Assembly (NCBI GenBank): GCA_030038645.1
Contig: JASHSR010000110.1
Location: 1-39,657, forward strand
Direction: 5' to 3'
From: Gammaproteobacteria bacterium
GTDB lineage: Bacteria; Pseudomonadota; Gammaproteobacteria; Steroidobacterales; Steroidobacteraceae
Length of the DNA: 39,657 nt
How positions within the stretch are numbered: the first letter of the stretch is position 1; each line of letters begins with the position of its first letter. Made by a program: the position numbers and the translations under genes. Shown piece after piece: positions 18,092 through 30,756 of the stretch. The notes below the pieces were generated by a model that had not been told where the DNA came from, made no database searches, and saw nothing but the letters and a program-made list of their open reading frames with translations.

Positions 18092-18107
18092 TGCAACGGC
18101 CATGCCA
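18092..18107 (-). promoter_or_regulatory. Sigma-54 -24/-12 promoter of the efflux operon
   Basis: Minus strand TGGCATGGCCGTTGCA fits GG-N10-GC; adjacent to a sigma-54 activator gene. Confidence 0.8.
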
Positions 18108-18158
18108 TGGGCAGTCCTGAGTCTTTTCAATGGGTTATATACGCCCGTGGCGATGAGC

Positions 18159-18204
18159 TGTCCGCAGGTGTACAAGTGTCCGGTCACCTGTTCGGATTCG
18201 GACA
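18159..18204. promoter_or_regulatory. Putative enhancer (UAS) pair for the sigma-54 activator
   Basis: Imperfect palindromes TGTCCGCAGGTGTACA (18159-18174) and TGTTCGGATTCGGACA (18189-18204), 30 bp apart. Confidence 0.55.
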
Positions 18205-18205
18205 A

Positions 18206-19585
18206 TTGGCGCAGACCGCCCTCCAGCCCGCTCGCATTGTGGTCGTCGATGACGAGGACGACATTCTGCTCGCGGCCCGGCTGCTGCTGAAGCGTCACTT
18301 CGAGTCCGTCGAGACCTTGCGCGATCCCGGTCCGCTCGCGGATCTGGTGCGCCGTAACGCCTTCGACGTCCTGTTGCTGGACATGAACTTTGCGACCGGT
18401 GCCGATACGGGTGTCGAAGGACTCGAGCTGCTTTCGCAGATCCTCGCGCTCGACCCGCAAGCGGTCGTCGTGCTCATCACCGCTCACGCCGATGTCGCCT
18501 TGGCCGTCGAGGCGATGAAGAAGGGCGCCGCGGACTTCGTCACCAAGCCCTGGGAGAACGAACGGCTGCTCGCGACCTTGCTCGCGGCCTGGAATCTGCG
18601 CCGCTCGCGGCAGGAAGTCTCCGAATTCCGAGCCCGCAGCCAGGGACTCGCGGAGGCGACGCGGATCGGTGGTGAGATGATCGGCACCTCACCGAGCATG
18701 CTGCGGGTCTTTCAGACAATCCGGCGCGCGGCGCCGACGGAAGCCAACGTGCTCATCCTCGGCGAGAACGGCACGGGCAAGGAGCTGGTCGCGCGCGAGA
18801 TCCACCGCCGTTCGGCTCGCGCCGAGGAGGCCTTCGTGCGGGTGGATCTCGGGACGCTCTCTGCTCAGCTCTTCGAGAGCGAGCTGTTCGGCCATCGCCG
18901 CGGAGCGTTCACCGATGCGAGGCAGGATCGCGTCGGGCTGCTCCGCGCCGCCTCCGGCGGCACGGTCTTCCTCGACGAGATCGGCAACGTTTCCTGGCAT
19001 CTGCAAGGCAAGCTCCTCACGGCGCTCGAGCGCCGCGAAGTCACTCCGGTCGGCTCGGACAAGCCGGAGCCGATCGATGTTCGGCCGATTTGCGCGACGA
19101 ACCTTCCCGCGGAGCGCCTGGCCGATGAGAACGTGTTCCGGCAGGATCTGCTCTATCGGATCAACACGGTGGAGATCGCTCTGCCGCCGCTCCGCGAGCG
19201 GCGGGAGGACATTCCGCTCCTGCTCGAGCACTTCGTCTCGATGTACGCCGAGAAATACAACGTGCCCGCGAAGCGGCTCGGCGCGGCGGCCCTCGAGCGG
19301 TTGATGGCTCACGCCTGGCCGGGCAACGTGCGAGAGTTGCGTCATGCGGTCGAGCGCGCCGTGATCCTGAGTGAGCATGCGATGCTCGAGCCCGGGGATT
19401 TCTCGCTGTCCGGCTCCGGGCCGCCTGCGCCGGCTTCGCCCGAGTCATCGAAACTCGACGCCGTGGAGAAGGAGGCCATCGCCCGAGCGCTCGAGGCACA
19501 CGGAAGGAATATCAGCCGCGCGGCCGAGTCGCTTGGGCTCACTCGCGCCTCGCTCTACCGTCGGATGGAGAAGTATGGCCTTTAG
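18206..19585 (+). CDS. Sigma-54-dependent response regulator (REC-AAA+-Fis HTH)
   Basis: VVDDE/LLDMNF/KPW receiver, GENGTGKE, GAFTDA, FLDEIG, WPGNVREL, C-terminal HTH; TTG start at 18206 inferred. Confidence 0.93.
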   Translation: MAQTALQPARIVVVDDEDDILLAARLLLKRHFESVETLRDPGPLADLVRRNAFDVLLLDMNFATGADTGVEGLELLSQILALDPQAVVVLITAHADVALAVEAMKKGAADFVTKPWENERLLATLLAAWNLRRSRQEVSEFRARSQGLAEATRIGGEMIGTSPSMLRVFQTIRRAAPTEANVLILGENGTGKELVAREIHRRSARAEEAFVRVDLGTLSAQLFESELFGHRRGAFTDARQDRVGLLRAASGGTVFLDEIGNVSWHLQGKLLTALERREVTPVGSDKPEPIDVRPICATNLPAERLADENVFRQDLLYRINTVEIALPPLRERREDIPLLLEHFVSMYAEKYNVPAKRLGAAALERLMAHAWPGNVRELRHAVERAVILSEHAMLEPGDFSLSGSGPPAPASPESSKLDAVEKEAIARALEAHGRNISRAAESLGLTRASLYRRMEKYGL

Positions 19586-20924
19586 CCGCTTCCAAGCCGC
19601 AATGGCGCTGCGCGCCGCAGCCCTCTTCCTCACCATAGCGGCCGCGGCATGGATGATTGCGCAGACGCAATGGTACATGACCATCGCGCTTTGCGTGATG
19701 GCCGCATTCGCGGAGACCGTCCTGCTCGTGCGGTTCTCGACGCAGTCGAGCCGCGAGGTGGCCCGATTTCTCGATGCCTTGTCGTTCGATGACTTGTCGC
19801 AGAGCTTCACCGGCCTCTCGAGCGACGGCGCTCATCGCCAGCTCGGCACTGCGATGGAGCGAGTCCTCGTCCGCTTGCGGGCCAGCCGTTCCGAGCGCGA
19901 CGAGCAGGCGCAGTACCTGCAGACACTCGTCAATCACGTGCCGGTCGCTCTGATCTCGATCGGCGAGCGCGGGTCGATCCGACTGCTCAACATGGCGGCG
20001 CGCCGGGTGTTCGAGACCTCGCTCGCCCACACCGGCCAGCTGTCGCGATACGGCCAGGCCTTTGCGGTCGGCCTCGAGTCCCTGCGTCCAGGCGCCACCG
20101 CGATTCTGCGGATGGAGCGGTCCGCCGGGAGTCTGTTGCTCAAGGCGGCCGTGACCGAGATCGCCGCGGGCGGTACGCGACAGCGCCTCATCTCGCTGCA
20201 GAACATCGACAACGAAATGAGTGCGCAGGAGCTCGCCGCCTGGCAGACGGTCATCCGGGTCATGGCGCACGAGGTGATGAACTCGCTGACGCCGGTATCC
20301 TCTCTCGCCGCGACCGCGCACGACCTCGTGAACGAGGCTCTCGAGCAAACAGTGGCGGATGACCCGCGCGCAGTCCCCCTGACAGATGCCCGGGACGCCC
20401 TGGAGGCGCTCGCTCGCCGCAGCGAAGGTTTGCTGCACTTCGTGCGAGGCCACCGGCGCTTGACCAAGCCCCTCGCGGCGCGGATGGAAGTGGTGCCGGT
20501 CGAGCGGCTCTTTGCGCGCATTCAGCGGCTCCTCGCGAGCGACCTCGCAGACCGCGACATCCGGATGGCGACCCAGGTCGAGCCGCAAACGCTCGAGCTC
20601 GCGATGGACATCGAGCTCCTCGACCAGGCCCTCATCAACCTGTTGCGTAATGCCGTCGAGGCTCTGCGTGATACTCCGATGGGGCTCATCACACTTTCCG
20701 CCCGGCGGGAGTCCGACGGCCGGGTCGTCATCTCGGTCGCCGACAACGGCCCCGGCATTCCGCAGGACGACCGAGAGAGGGTCTTCGTCCCCTTCTTCAC
20801 GACCAAGCGGCACGGCAGCGGCATCGGACTCACGCTCGTGCGGCAGATTGCCGCGGCTCACGGAGCGAGCGTCGATGTCTCCGAGACAGCCGGGGGCGGC
20901 GCAACGGTTCGGCTGAGGTTCTGA
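19575..20924 (+). CDS. Sensor histidine kinase
   Basis: Two TMs, PAS-like region, AHEVMNSLTP H-box, NLLRNA, DNGPG, GSGIGL; overlaps regulator stop. Confidence 0.93.
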   Translation: MAFSRFQAAMALRAAALFLTIAAAAWMIAQTQWYMTIALCVMAAFAETVLLVRFSTQSSREVARFLDALSFDDLSQSFTGLSSDGAHRQLGTAMERVLVRLRASRSERDEQAQYLQTLVNHVPVALISIGERGSIRLLNMAARRVFETSLAHTGQLSRYGQAFAVGLESLRPGATAILRMERSAGSLLLKAAVTEIAAGGTRQRLISLQNIDNEMSAQELAAWQTVIRVMAHEVMNSLTPVSSLAATAHDLVNEALEQTVADDPRAVPLTDARDALEALARRSEGLLHFVRGHRRLTKPLAARMEVVPVERLFARIQRLLASDLADRDIRMATQVEPQTLELAMDIELLDQALINLLRNAVEALRDTPMGLITLSARRESDGRVVISVADNGPGIPQDDRERVFVPFFTTKRHGSGIGLTLVRQIAAAHGASVDVSETAGGGATVRLRF

Positions 20925-21085
20925 ACAGTCGTCGACGCGTGCGAGAGTTGACGAGTCAGCACATGAGCCTTGTCCGTCGAGCCACCGATCCGAGGCGGTC
21001 TTCGATCTAGCCCGTTTCGGCGCCGAAACGATAAGATCCGCTGTCTCGAGAGGCGCAACCCTTGCGCTGGTCAGGGGGTCCCGTG

Positions 21086-23245
21086 ATGATCCGTACGCAC
21101 GCTCTCGCCATGGGCCTGCTGCTGTCGGTCGCGATCGTGGCCGGCGGCGCAATGAGTGAAAGCGCGGCCGCCGCATCGCCGGAGCGTGCCGCTCTCGCGG
21201 CCAACGTCACCGCCAAGCGCCTGGTCAATGCCGCCCGTGAGCCCGGCCAGTGGATGACCTACGGCGGCACCTACTCCGAGCAGCGCTTCAGCAGCCTGAA
21301 GCAGATCAACTCGAGCAACGTGGGCAGGCTCGGACTCGAGTGGTACGCGGACTACGAGACCAACCAGGACCAGCACGGCTCGCCGCTGTACATCGATGGA
21401 GTCATCTACGTCTCGACGGCGCGAGACGTGCTCTATGCGTTCGACGCCAAGACCGGCAAGCAGCTGTGGAAGTACAACCCAATGATCCACGGCGAGCGGC
21501 TGCGCTACAACGTGGGCCTCGTGAACCGCGGCATCGCCGCCTGGCGCGGCAAGATCTACATGGGCACGCTCGATGCCCGCCTGGTCGCGGTGGACGCCAA
21601 GACCGGAAAGCAAGTCTGGTCGACCGATACGGTACCCGCGAGCCTCGGCCTCGGCGACATGACGAATCGGTACGCGATCACCATGGCCCCCCGCGTCGCG
21701 AAGGGCAAGGTGTTCATAGGCGCCTCCGGCGGCGAGTTCGGCGTGCGGGGCTTCATCGCGGCCTACGATGCCGAGACAGGCAAGGAGGTCTGGCGATTCT
21801 GGACCGTGCCCGGCAATCCGGCGAAGGGCTTCGAGAACAAGGCGCTCGCGCGGGCTGCGAAGACTTGGAGCGGGGACTGGTGGAAATTCGGCGGCGGCGG
21901 CACGGTGTGGGACTCGGCCGTCTACGATCCGGTGACCGATCTGCTCTATTTCGGCACCGGCAACGCCACGCCGTGGAATCCGCGCGTGCGCGAGCCGCGC
22001 ATCGACGACGATCTGTATACCGCCTCGATCGTCGCGGTGAATCCGGATACGGGCCGATACGTGTGGCACTACCAGGAAACGCCGGCCGACGCCTGGGACT
22101 TCGATGCGGTCAGTCCGATGATGACCGCGGATCTCACCATCCGCGGCCACAAGAGGCACGTCATCCTGCAGCCCTCGAAGAACGGCTTCTTCTACGTGAT
22201 CGAGGCTGCGACCGGCAAGCTGATCAGCGCCGATCCGTTCACCGTCGAGAATTGGGCCAGTGGCGTGGACGTGGAGACGGGCCGCCCGATCGTCGTGCGG
22301 GGCGCCCGCTACGCAAGCCAGCCGTGGGATGTCGCGCCGGGCCCGCAGGGCGGCCACAGCTGGCACCCGAACGCCTTTAGCCCGCTGACCGGCCTCGTCT
22401 ACATTCCCGCCTGGGAGTCCTATTTCACGATGGCGAACGCTCCGCCCGGCCGCCGTCCACCACCGGGCAGATTCAGTCTCGGTATCGGCATGGGCGTTCG
22501 GCTCGCGCCCGGTCAGCTGCAGCCGTATGACCGCCACGGCTTGAGCGGCCGGCTGGAGGCGTGGGACCCCGTTGCGCGCAAGATCGTGTGGGAAACTCCG
22601 CCGTTCTCTCAGGGCCGCCCAACGGGCGGAGTCCTCGCGACTGCCGGCAACCTCGTCTTCATGGCCAATGGCAGCGGCAAGGTGTTGAGCGCGTACGATG
22701 CGAGAACCGGCGCGAAGCTCTGGAGCTTCGATGCCGAGACCGCGGTGTACGCCGCGCCGATCAGCTACGAGCTCCACGGAGTGCAGTACATCGCGGCGAG
22801 CGTGGGAGGTGCCGTACAGGGCGGCTATTTCGCACCGACCAACGCGCGCATGCTGGTGTTCGCGCTCGGCGGCAAAGCGGTGCTGCCCAAGCCGCTGCCC
22901 TACACGCCCCGGCAGCTCAATCCGCCGCCTCTGACGGCTTCGGCCGGCGTCGTTACGCGCGGCGGCGAGCTCTACTCCCAGTACTGCTCGGTCTGCCATG
23001 GCATCGACGGCCGGCAGGCGCGCTCCAGCTTCCCGAACCTCACCGTCACCCCGCTGCTGTGGACCCAGGACGGCTTCGATGCCGTCGTGTTGCAGGGGGT
23101 GCGGACGGACAAAGGCATGGGCTCTTTCGCAGCGGACTTGAAGCCCGAGGATGCGGTGGCGATCCGCGAGTATTTGATCTCGCGCGCCATCGCGCTGAAG
23201 GCCGCCGGCCCCGCCGCCTTGCGGCCGCGGTTTCCGGGCGGTTAG
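21086..23245 (+). CDS. PQQ-dependent dehydrogenase with C-terminal cytochrome c (quinohaemoprotein type)
   Basis: Signal peptide, W-docking repeats (DAKTGKQLW), GGEFGVRG, GTGN, WDFD, CSVCH haem motif. Confidence 0.92.
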   Translation: MIRTHALAMGLLLSVAIVAGGAMSESAAAASPERAALAANVTAKRLVNAAREPGQWMTYGGTYSEQRFSSLKQINSSNVGRLGLEWYADYETNQDQHGSPLYIDGVIYVSTARDVLYAFDAKTGKQLWKYNPMIHGERLRYNVGLVNRGIAAWRGKIYMGTLDARLVAVDAKTGKQVWSTDTVPASLGLGDMTNRYAITMAPRVAKGKVFIGASGGEFGVRGFIAAYDAETGKEVWRFWTVPGNPAKGFENKALARAAKTWSGDWWKFGGGGTVWDSAVYDPVTDLLYFGTGNATPWNPRVREPRIDDDLYTASIVAVNPDTGRYVWHYQETPADAWDFDAVSPMMTADLTIRGHKRHVILQPSKNGFFYVIEAATGKLISADPFTVENWASGVDVETGRPIVVRGARYASQPWDVAPGPQGGHSWHPNAFSPLTGLVYIPAWESYFTMANAPPGRRPPPGRFSLGIGMGVRLAPGQLQPYDRHGLSGRLEAWDPVARKIVWETPPFSQGRPTGGVLATAGNLVFMANGSGKVLSAYDARTGAKLWSFDAETAVYAAPISYELHGVQYIAASVGGAVQGGYFAPTNARMLVFALGGKAVLPKPLPYTPRQLNPPPLTASAGVVTRGGELYSQYCSVCHGIDGRQARSSFPNLTVTPLLWTQDGFDAVVLQGVRTDKGMGSFAADLKPEDAVAIREYLISRAIALKAAGPAALRPRFPGG

Positions 23246-23315
23246 GCCGCGCACACGGCCGTCTCGAGGGCCGGTCCGGCTGGCGCCAACGGCATCGAAA
23301 AAGAGGGGGAGCGAC

Positions 23316-25358
23316 ATGGTGGGGGGCAGATCGTTCACGACGGCAGCCGCGGCGCTCATGCTCATGACGTGCGGCATGGCTTATGGGGCGGGGCGCGATT
23401 TCGCGCTCACCGACGTGCGCGATCTCGTCTCGCTCAGCGATCCGCAGATCTCACCGGACGGCCGCGAGGTCGCCGTGATCGTCTCGAAGCCGGAGTGGAA
23501 GACGGACAAATCCAACCGGGAGATCGACCTGATCGACGTGGCGACCGGCGCGCAGCGGCCGCTCACGCGGTACCGCACGGGTGTCTCCTCGCCGCGCTGG
23601 TCGCCCGACGGCAAGCGATTGGCGTTCATCGCCAGCGACACGACGGCGGGCACCGATGCCCAGCCCGATGCGCAAGACGGCGCGAGCCCCGCAACAGGCC
23701 AGAAGCACGACCAGATTTTCGTGATGCCCATGGACGGGGGCGATGCGTTGCGCGTGACCGATGCCGAGCGCGACGTGGTCTCGCTCGCTTGGAGCCCGGA
23801 TGGCAAGGAAATCGCCTATGTCGTGGCGGACGTGCCTGCGAACGAGAAGGCGATCAAGGCGCACGACGATGCGTTCCAGGTGACCGAGAACAATTTCCTC
23901 ACGCGCGCGGCGCTGACGCCGTCGCAGCTCTGGGTCGTGCCGAGCACGGGCGGCAAGGCGAAGCGATTGACCGAAGGAAAGTTCAGCCTCGACACCGACC
24001 AGCGGCACTCGGCGCCCGAGCCGGTCTGGCGTCCCGACGGACGCGCGATCGCCTTCACCCGCTTTCCGGATCCCTATTGGGCGCTCTCCTTCCAATCGGT
24101 CATCGACACGGTCGGCGCGACGGGCGGTGAGCCGGCCACTCTGGCAGGGCTCGAGGGCGCGTGGGCGCCGCGTTTCGCGCCGGCAGGTAGCGCCTTCGCG
24201 TTCATGCGCCCGCGCGCCGGCGATGAGAACAACGGCAATGCGGTCTACGTCGTGGAGGACCACAAGACCTTCGACGCCACCGCTGCGCTCGCGCGCAACA
24301 TCGACGCCTATGCGTGGCTGCCGGGCGGCGACAGTCTCCTGCTGGTGGGCCAGCAAGGCACGCATTCCGTCATGTGGCGTCAAGGCGTGGGCGGCGGCGC
24401 CACACTGCTCGAGCTCGCCGGCGTGGAGGTCGAGAGTCAGCCGAGCGTCTCCTCCACCGGCGCGATTGCCTTCGTCGGCGGCACGCCGAGCCATGCGGCC
24501 GAGCTTTACGTGATGGCTTCGACGGATGCGAGACCGCGGCGCGTGACGAGCGTCAACGGGTTCCTCGACCGTCTCGCGCTCGGCGGCGTCGCGACGATCG
24601 AGTGGCGCGGTCCGAGCGGCTTTCGCGAAGACGGCGTATTGATCTATCCGCCGCAATATCGCGAGGGCCGGCGGTATCCGCTCGTGCTGCTGATCCACGG
24701 CGGCCCCGAGGGCGCCTCGACGGTCGGATTCTCGTCGCTCGCACAGCTGCTCGCGGCCGCGGGATTCATCGTCTTCGAGCCCAATTACCGCGGCAGCACC
24801 AATCTCGGTGACGCCTACCAGCACGCGATCTATCGCGACACCGGAGCGGGCCCGGGCAAGGACGTGATGGCCGGCCTTGCGGCCGTCGAGAAGCTCGGCG
24901 TCGTCGATCCGAAGCGAATCGGCGTCAGCGGCTGGTCCTACGGCGGCTACATGACCGATTGGCTGGCCGGCCATTATCCGCAGGCTTGGAGAGCGGCCGT
25001 CGCCGGCGCGGCGCTCACCGACTGGGTGATGGACTACACCATCGCGTTCTATCAGCAGGGCGACGTCTATTTCTTCGGGGGGTCACCCTGGAGCGCCAGC
25101 GACTACCGCATCTGGCGCGCGCAATCGCCCATCGCATACGCCCGGAACGTCAGGACGCCGACGCTCATCATGGGCGATGTGGGCGACTCCAACGTGCCGC
25201 TCGTCAACAGCTACGAGTGGTATCACGCGCTGCGCGACAACGGCGTCGAGGTGCAGTTCTACGCCTATCCCGCGAACACGCACTTTCCAACGGACATCGT
25301 GCGTCAGACCGACGTCTACCGCCGCTGGGTCGAGTGGATGACCGCGCACCTCAAATGA
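23316..25358 (+). CDS. S9 family peptidase (dipeptidyl/acylaminoacyl peptidase-like)
   Basis: PD40-like SPDG repeats, IHGGP, NYRGS, nucleophile GWSYGG, catalytic D (DSNVP) and H (HFP). Confidence 0.93.
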   Translation: MVGGRSFTTAAAALMLMTCGMAYGAGRDFALTDVRDLVSLSDPQISPDGREVAVIVSKPEWKTDKSNREIDLIDVATGAQRPLTRYRTGVSSPRWSPDGKRLAFIASDTTAGTDAQPDAQDGASPATGQKHDQIFVMPMDGGDALRVTDAERDVVSLAWSPDGKEIAYVVADVPANEKAIKAHDDAFQVTENNFLTRAALTPSQLWVVPSTGGKAKRLTEGKFSLDTDQRHSAPEPVWRPDGRAIAFTRFPDPYWALSFQSVIDTVGATGGEPATLAGLEGAWAPRFAPAGSAFAFMRPRAGDENNGNAVYVVEDHKTFDATAALARNIDAYAWLPGGDSLLLVGQQGTHSVMWRQGVGGGATLLELAGVEVESQPSVSSTGAIAFVGGTPSHAAELYVMASTDARPRRVTSVNGFLDRLALGGVATIEWRGPSGFREDGVLIYPPQYREGRRYPLVLLIHGGPEGASTVGFSSLAQLLAAAGFIVFEPNYRGSTNLGDAYQHAIYRDTGAGPGKDVMAGLAAVEKLGVVDPKRIGVSGWSYGGYMTDWLAGHYPQAWRAAVAGAALTDWVMDYTIAFYQQGDVYFFGGSPWSASDYRIWRAQSPIAYARNVRTPTLIMGDVGDSNVPLVNSYEWYHALRDNGVEVQFYAYPANTHFPTDIVRQTDVYRRWVEWMTAHLK

Positions 25359-25371
25359 CGCGGCATCGGGC

Positions 25372-28620
<3,249 letters not shown>

Positions 28621-28822
28621 GTGAAGTGCGTCTCGGTCGGCGCCCGGGCGGATGCCGGGTACCCCGCTCGTGCTTATCGGATATGCGACCGGATTCTGTA
28701 GAGGAAATGTCGCGTACTTTCGGCTGGATCACTTTATTGGTCGTCGAGGCAAGCCGGAGGTCGCTCTCGGCGTGGCATGTGTTGAACATAGGCGCCGCGC
28801 CGGCCGGCGCGCCGCAGCCCGT

Positions 28823-30028
28823 CTAGTCGGGCGCCGCGCTCTTGCGCGATTCCTCGACGAAGCCGCCGGGCTCGACGGCGGCCATCGCCTCCGCGAGATG
28901 CACGGATTTGTTGAAGAGCGCCAGCTCCCCGAGGCGACCGGCCCGTACCTTGTTGACGAAGTCGTTGTTGGCGATGTGCATGCGGCCGACGCCGACGAGG
29001 TCGAGCGTCCCGCGGCGCACGCGCTCGGCGAGCAGCGCGAGGTCCCGCTCGACGCAGAGCTCGGAGGGCTCCTCGCCGTCGAACAGGTTTGCGAACATCT
29101 CGACGTTGAGGCCCACGCTGCCGCACGTCATGACGGGCGCGTCGGTCAGGGACCGGGTCCACTCGGCGATGGTGAATTGCGGGTGCGAGCTGCCGGGCCA
29201 TTCGGGCTTGTGGCAGCGGCGCGAGGAGACGTTGAACAGGTCCACGCCCGCCGCGCGCAGCAGCGCGAGCATGGCGCGCAGGTCTTCCGGCCCGGCGGCG
29301 ACCGCCGCTCCGTAATCCACCTCTTTGAATTGGGAGAAGCGGAAGGAGATGACGAAATCGACGCCGGTCGCCCCGCGGACGGCAGAGACGATCTCGGCGG
29401 CGTAGCGGGCTCGCTCGGCGAGCGCGCGGCCGCCGTATTCGTCCTCGCGCCGGTTGGTCTGCGCCCACAGGAACTGGTCGAGCAGGTAGCCGTGCGCGGA
29501 ATGGATTTCGACGCCGTCCGCGCCGAGGTCTCGCGCGTGCACAGCCGCGCGGACGTAGGCGGCCTTCAGCTCCTCGAGATCCTCGCGTGTCATGGCGCGG
29601 CCGTTCGGCCGCCCCGCCTGGATGAGCCCCGATGGACTGAGAGCAGGGTACGAGGCGAGCGGATGCTCCCGGGCCACCTTGCGCATGGCGCCCGGATGCC
29701 ACAGCTGCAGCAGGAATCCCGCGCCTTCGGAGCGTACGGCGTCCACGACCCGCTTCCAGGCGCCGAGCGTCGCGACTTCCAGGCGCCCCATGACCGGCTG
29801 CCAGTACGCGGAGGGGTGATCGGGCGATGTGGATTCGCTGATGATGAGACCCGCCCCGCCCGCCGCGCAGCGGCGCATGTACTCGATCATCTTCGACGTG
29901 GGCGCGCCGTCGTCCATGAATCCTCGCTGCATGCCCGGCATCACGAAGCGGTTGCGCAGCGTCAGGCCCCTGATCGTGAGGGGAGTGAAGAGGACATCCA
30001 GCGCCCGCGCGGGACCCGCGGGCGTCAC
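28823..30028 (-). CDS. NADH:flavin oxidoreductase (old yellow enzyme family)
   Basis: LFTPLTI..LTLRNR, LQLWHPG, EIHSAHGYLLDQF, NRREDEYGG; GTGA overlap with upstream gene. Confidence 0.92.
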   Translation of the reverse strand: MTPAGPARALDVLFTPLTIRGLTLRNRFVMPGMQRGFMDDGAPTSKMIEYMRRCAAGGAGLIISESTSPDHPSAYWQPVMGRLEVATLGAWKRVVDAVRSEGAGFLLQLWHPGAMRKVAREHPLASYPALSPSGLIQAGRPNGRAMTREDLEELKAAYVRAAVHARDLGADGVEIHSAHGYLLDQFLWAQTNRREDEYGGRALAERARYAAEIVSAVRGATGVDFVISFRFSQFKEVDYGAAVAAGPEDLRAMLALLRAAGVDLFNVSSRRCHKPEWPGSSHPQFTIAEWTRSLTDAPVMTCGSVGLNVEMFANLFDGEEPSELCVERDLALLAERVRRGTLDLVGVGRMHIANNDFVNKVRAGRLGELALFNKSVHLAEAMAAVEPGGFVEESRKSAAPD

Positions 30029-30756
30029 AAGGTCCCGGTGTCCCGCTTCGGCGGATGCTTGTCCATGCAGAATTCCTCGGGAATCTCATAGCCCGGCCGC
30101 TTCACGTACTCGGCTTTGACGGTCCACGGCCGCGTGTACGACTTCGGGTCGTCGATCGTGAAGCGGGCCTGCAGATGCTTGCCGTCGCGGCTCAGCCGAT
30201 AGCGCTCGGTGAGGTGCAGCGCCTCGGAGTGCGGCAGCCCCGCATCGTCGAGCAGCGTCTCGTCGTTGAAGCCCGCGGAATCGATCACGAGCGTCTTGCC
30301 CTCCCAGCGCGCGACGGAGTAGCCGAGCCAGAGCGGATCGGGGTCCGACGGCAGCGCCTCGTCGATGTACGCGCGGCGCGGCAGGCGATTGAGCTGAAAG
30401 ACGAAGTAGACCACCTTCGGGCGCTGAAGGATCTCGAACGGCTCGTCGACGAACATCAGCCGCGGCAGCCCGGGGGGCAGGCATCGGGTCGTGCCGTCGA
30501 ACGAGCGGTCGCCTCGAGCCGCGGCGGCCAGGTGCCGCTCATAGACGGCGCGGGCGCTCGGCGTGAGCGGAGGCAGTCTGCCCTCGACGGTCCGCAGCGC
30601 ATGGGATGGATGGACGATCGACCAAACGCCCGTGAGATCCGGCGGCACCGCGGCGGCCTGGGGGGCGCCGGCGCGAGCGGCTCCGACACTCGTCCCGAGC
30701 AGCGCGATCAGCAGCCCGGCGCGTAGAAGTCCCGCACGAGCGGCGCCGGCGCTCAT
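30025..30756 (-). CDS. Uncharacterised exported protein, two-Cys family (type B1)
   Basis: Signal peptide; DLTGVW, CLPPGLPR, GYSVARWEGKTLV, PHSE, DDPKSYTRPW, EEFC; ATGA overlap with upstream paralogue. Confidence 0.8.
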   Translation of the reverse strand: MSAGAARAGLLRAGLLIALLGTSVGAARAGAPQAAAVPPDLTGVWSIVHPSHALRTVEGRLPPLTPSARAVYERHLAAAARGDRSFDGTTRCLPPGLPRLMFVDEPFEILQRPKVVYFVFQLNRLPRRAYIDEALPSDPDPLWLGYSVARWEGKTLVIDSAGFNDETLLDDAGLPHSEALHLTERYRLSRDGKHLQARFTIDDPKSYTRPWTVKAEYVKRPGYEIPEEFCMDKHPPKRDTGTL

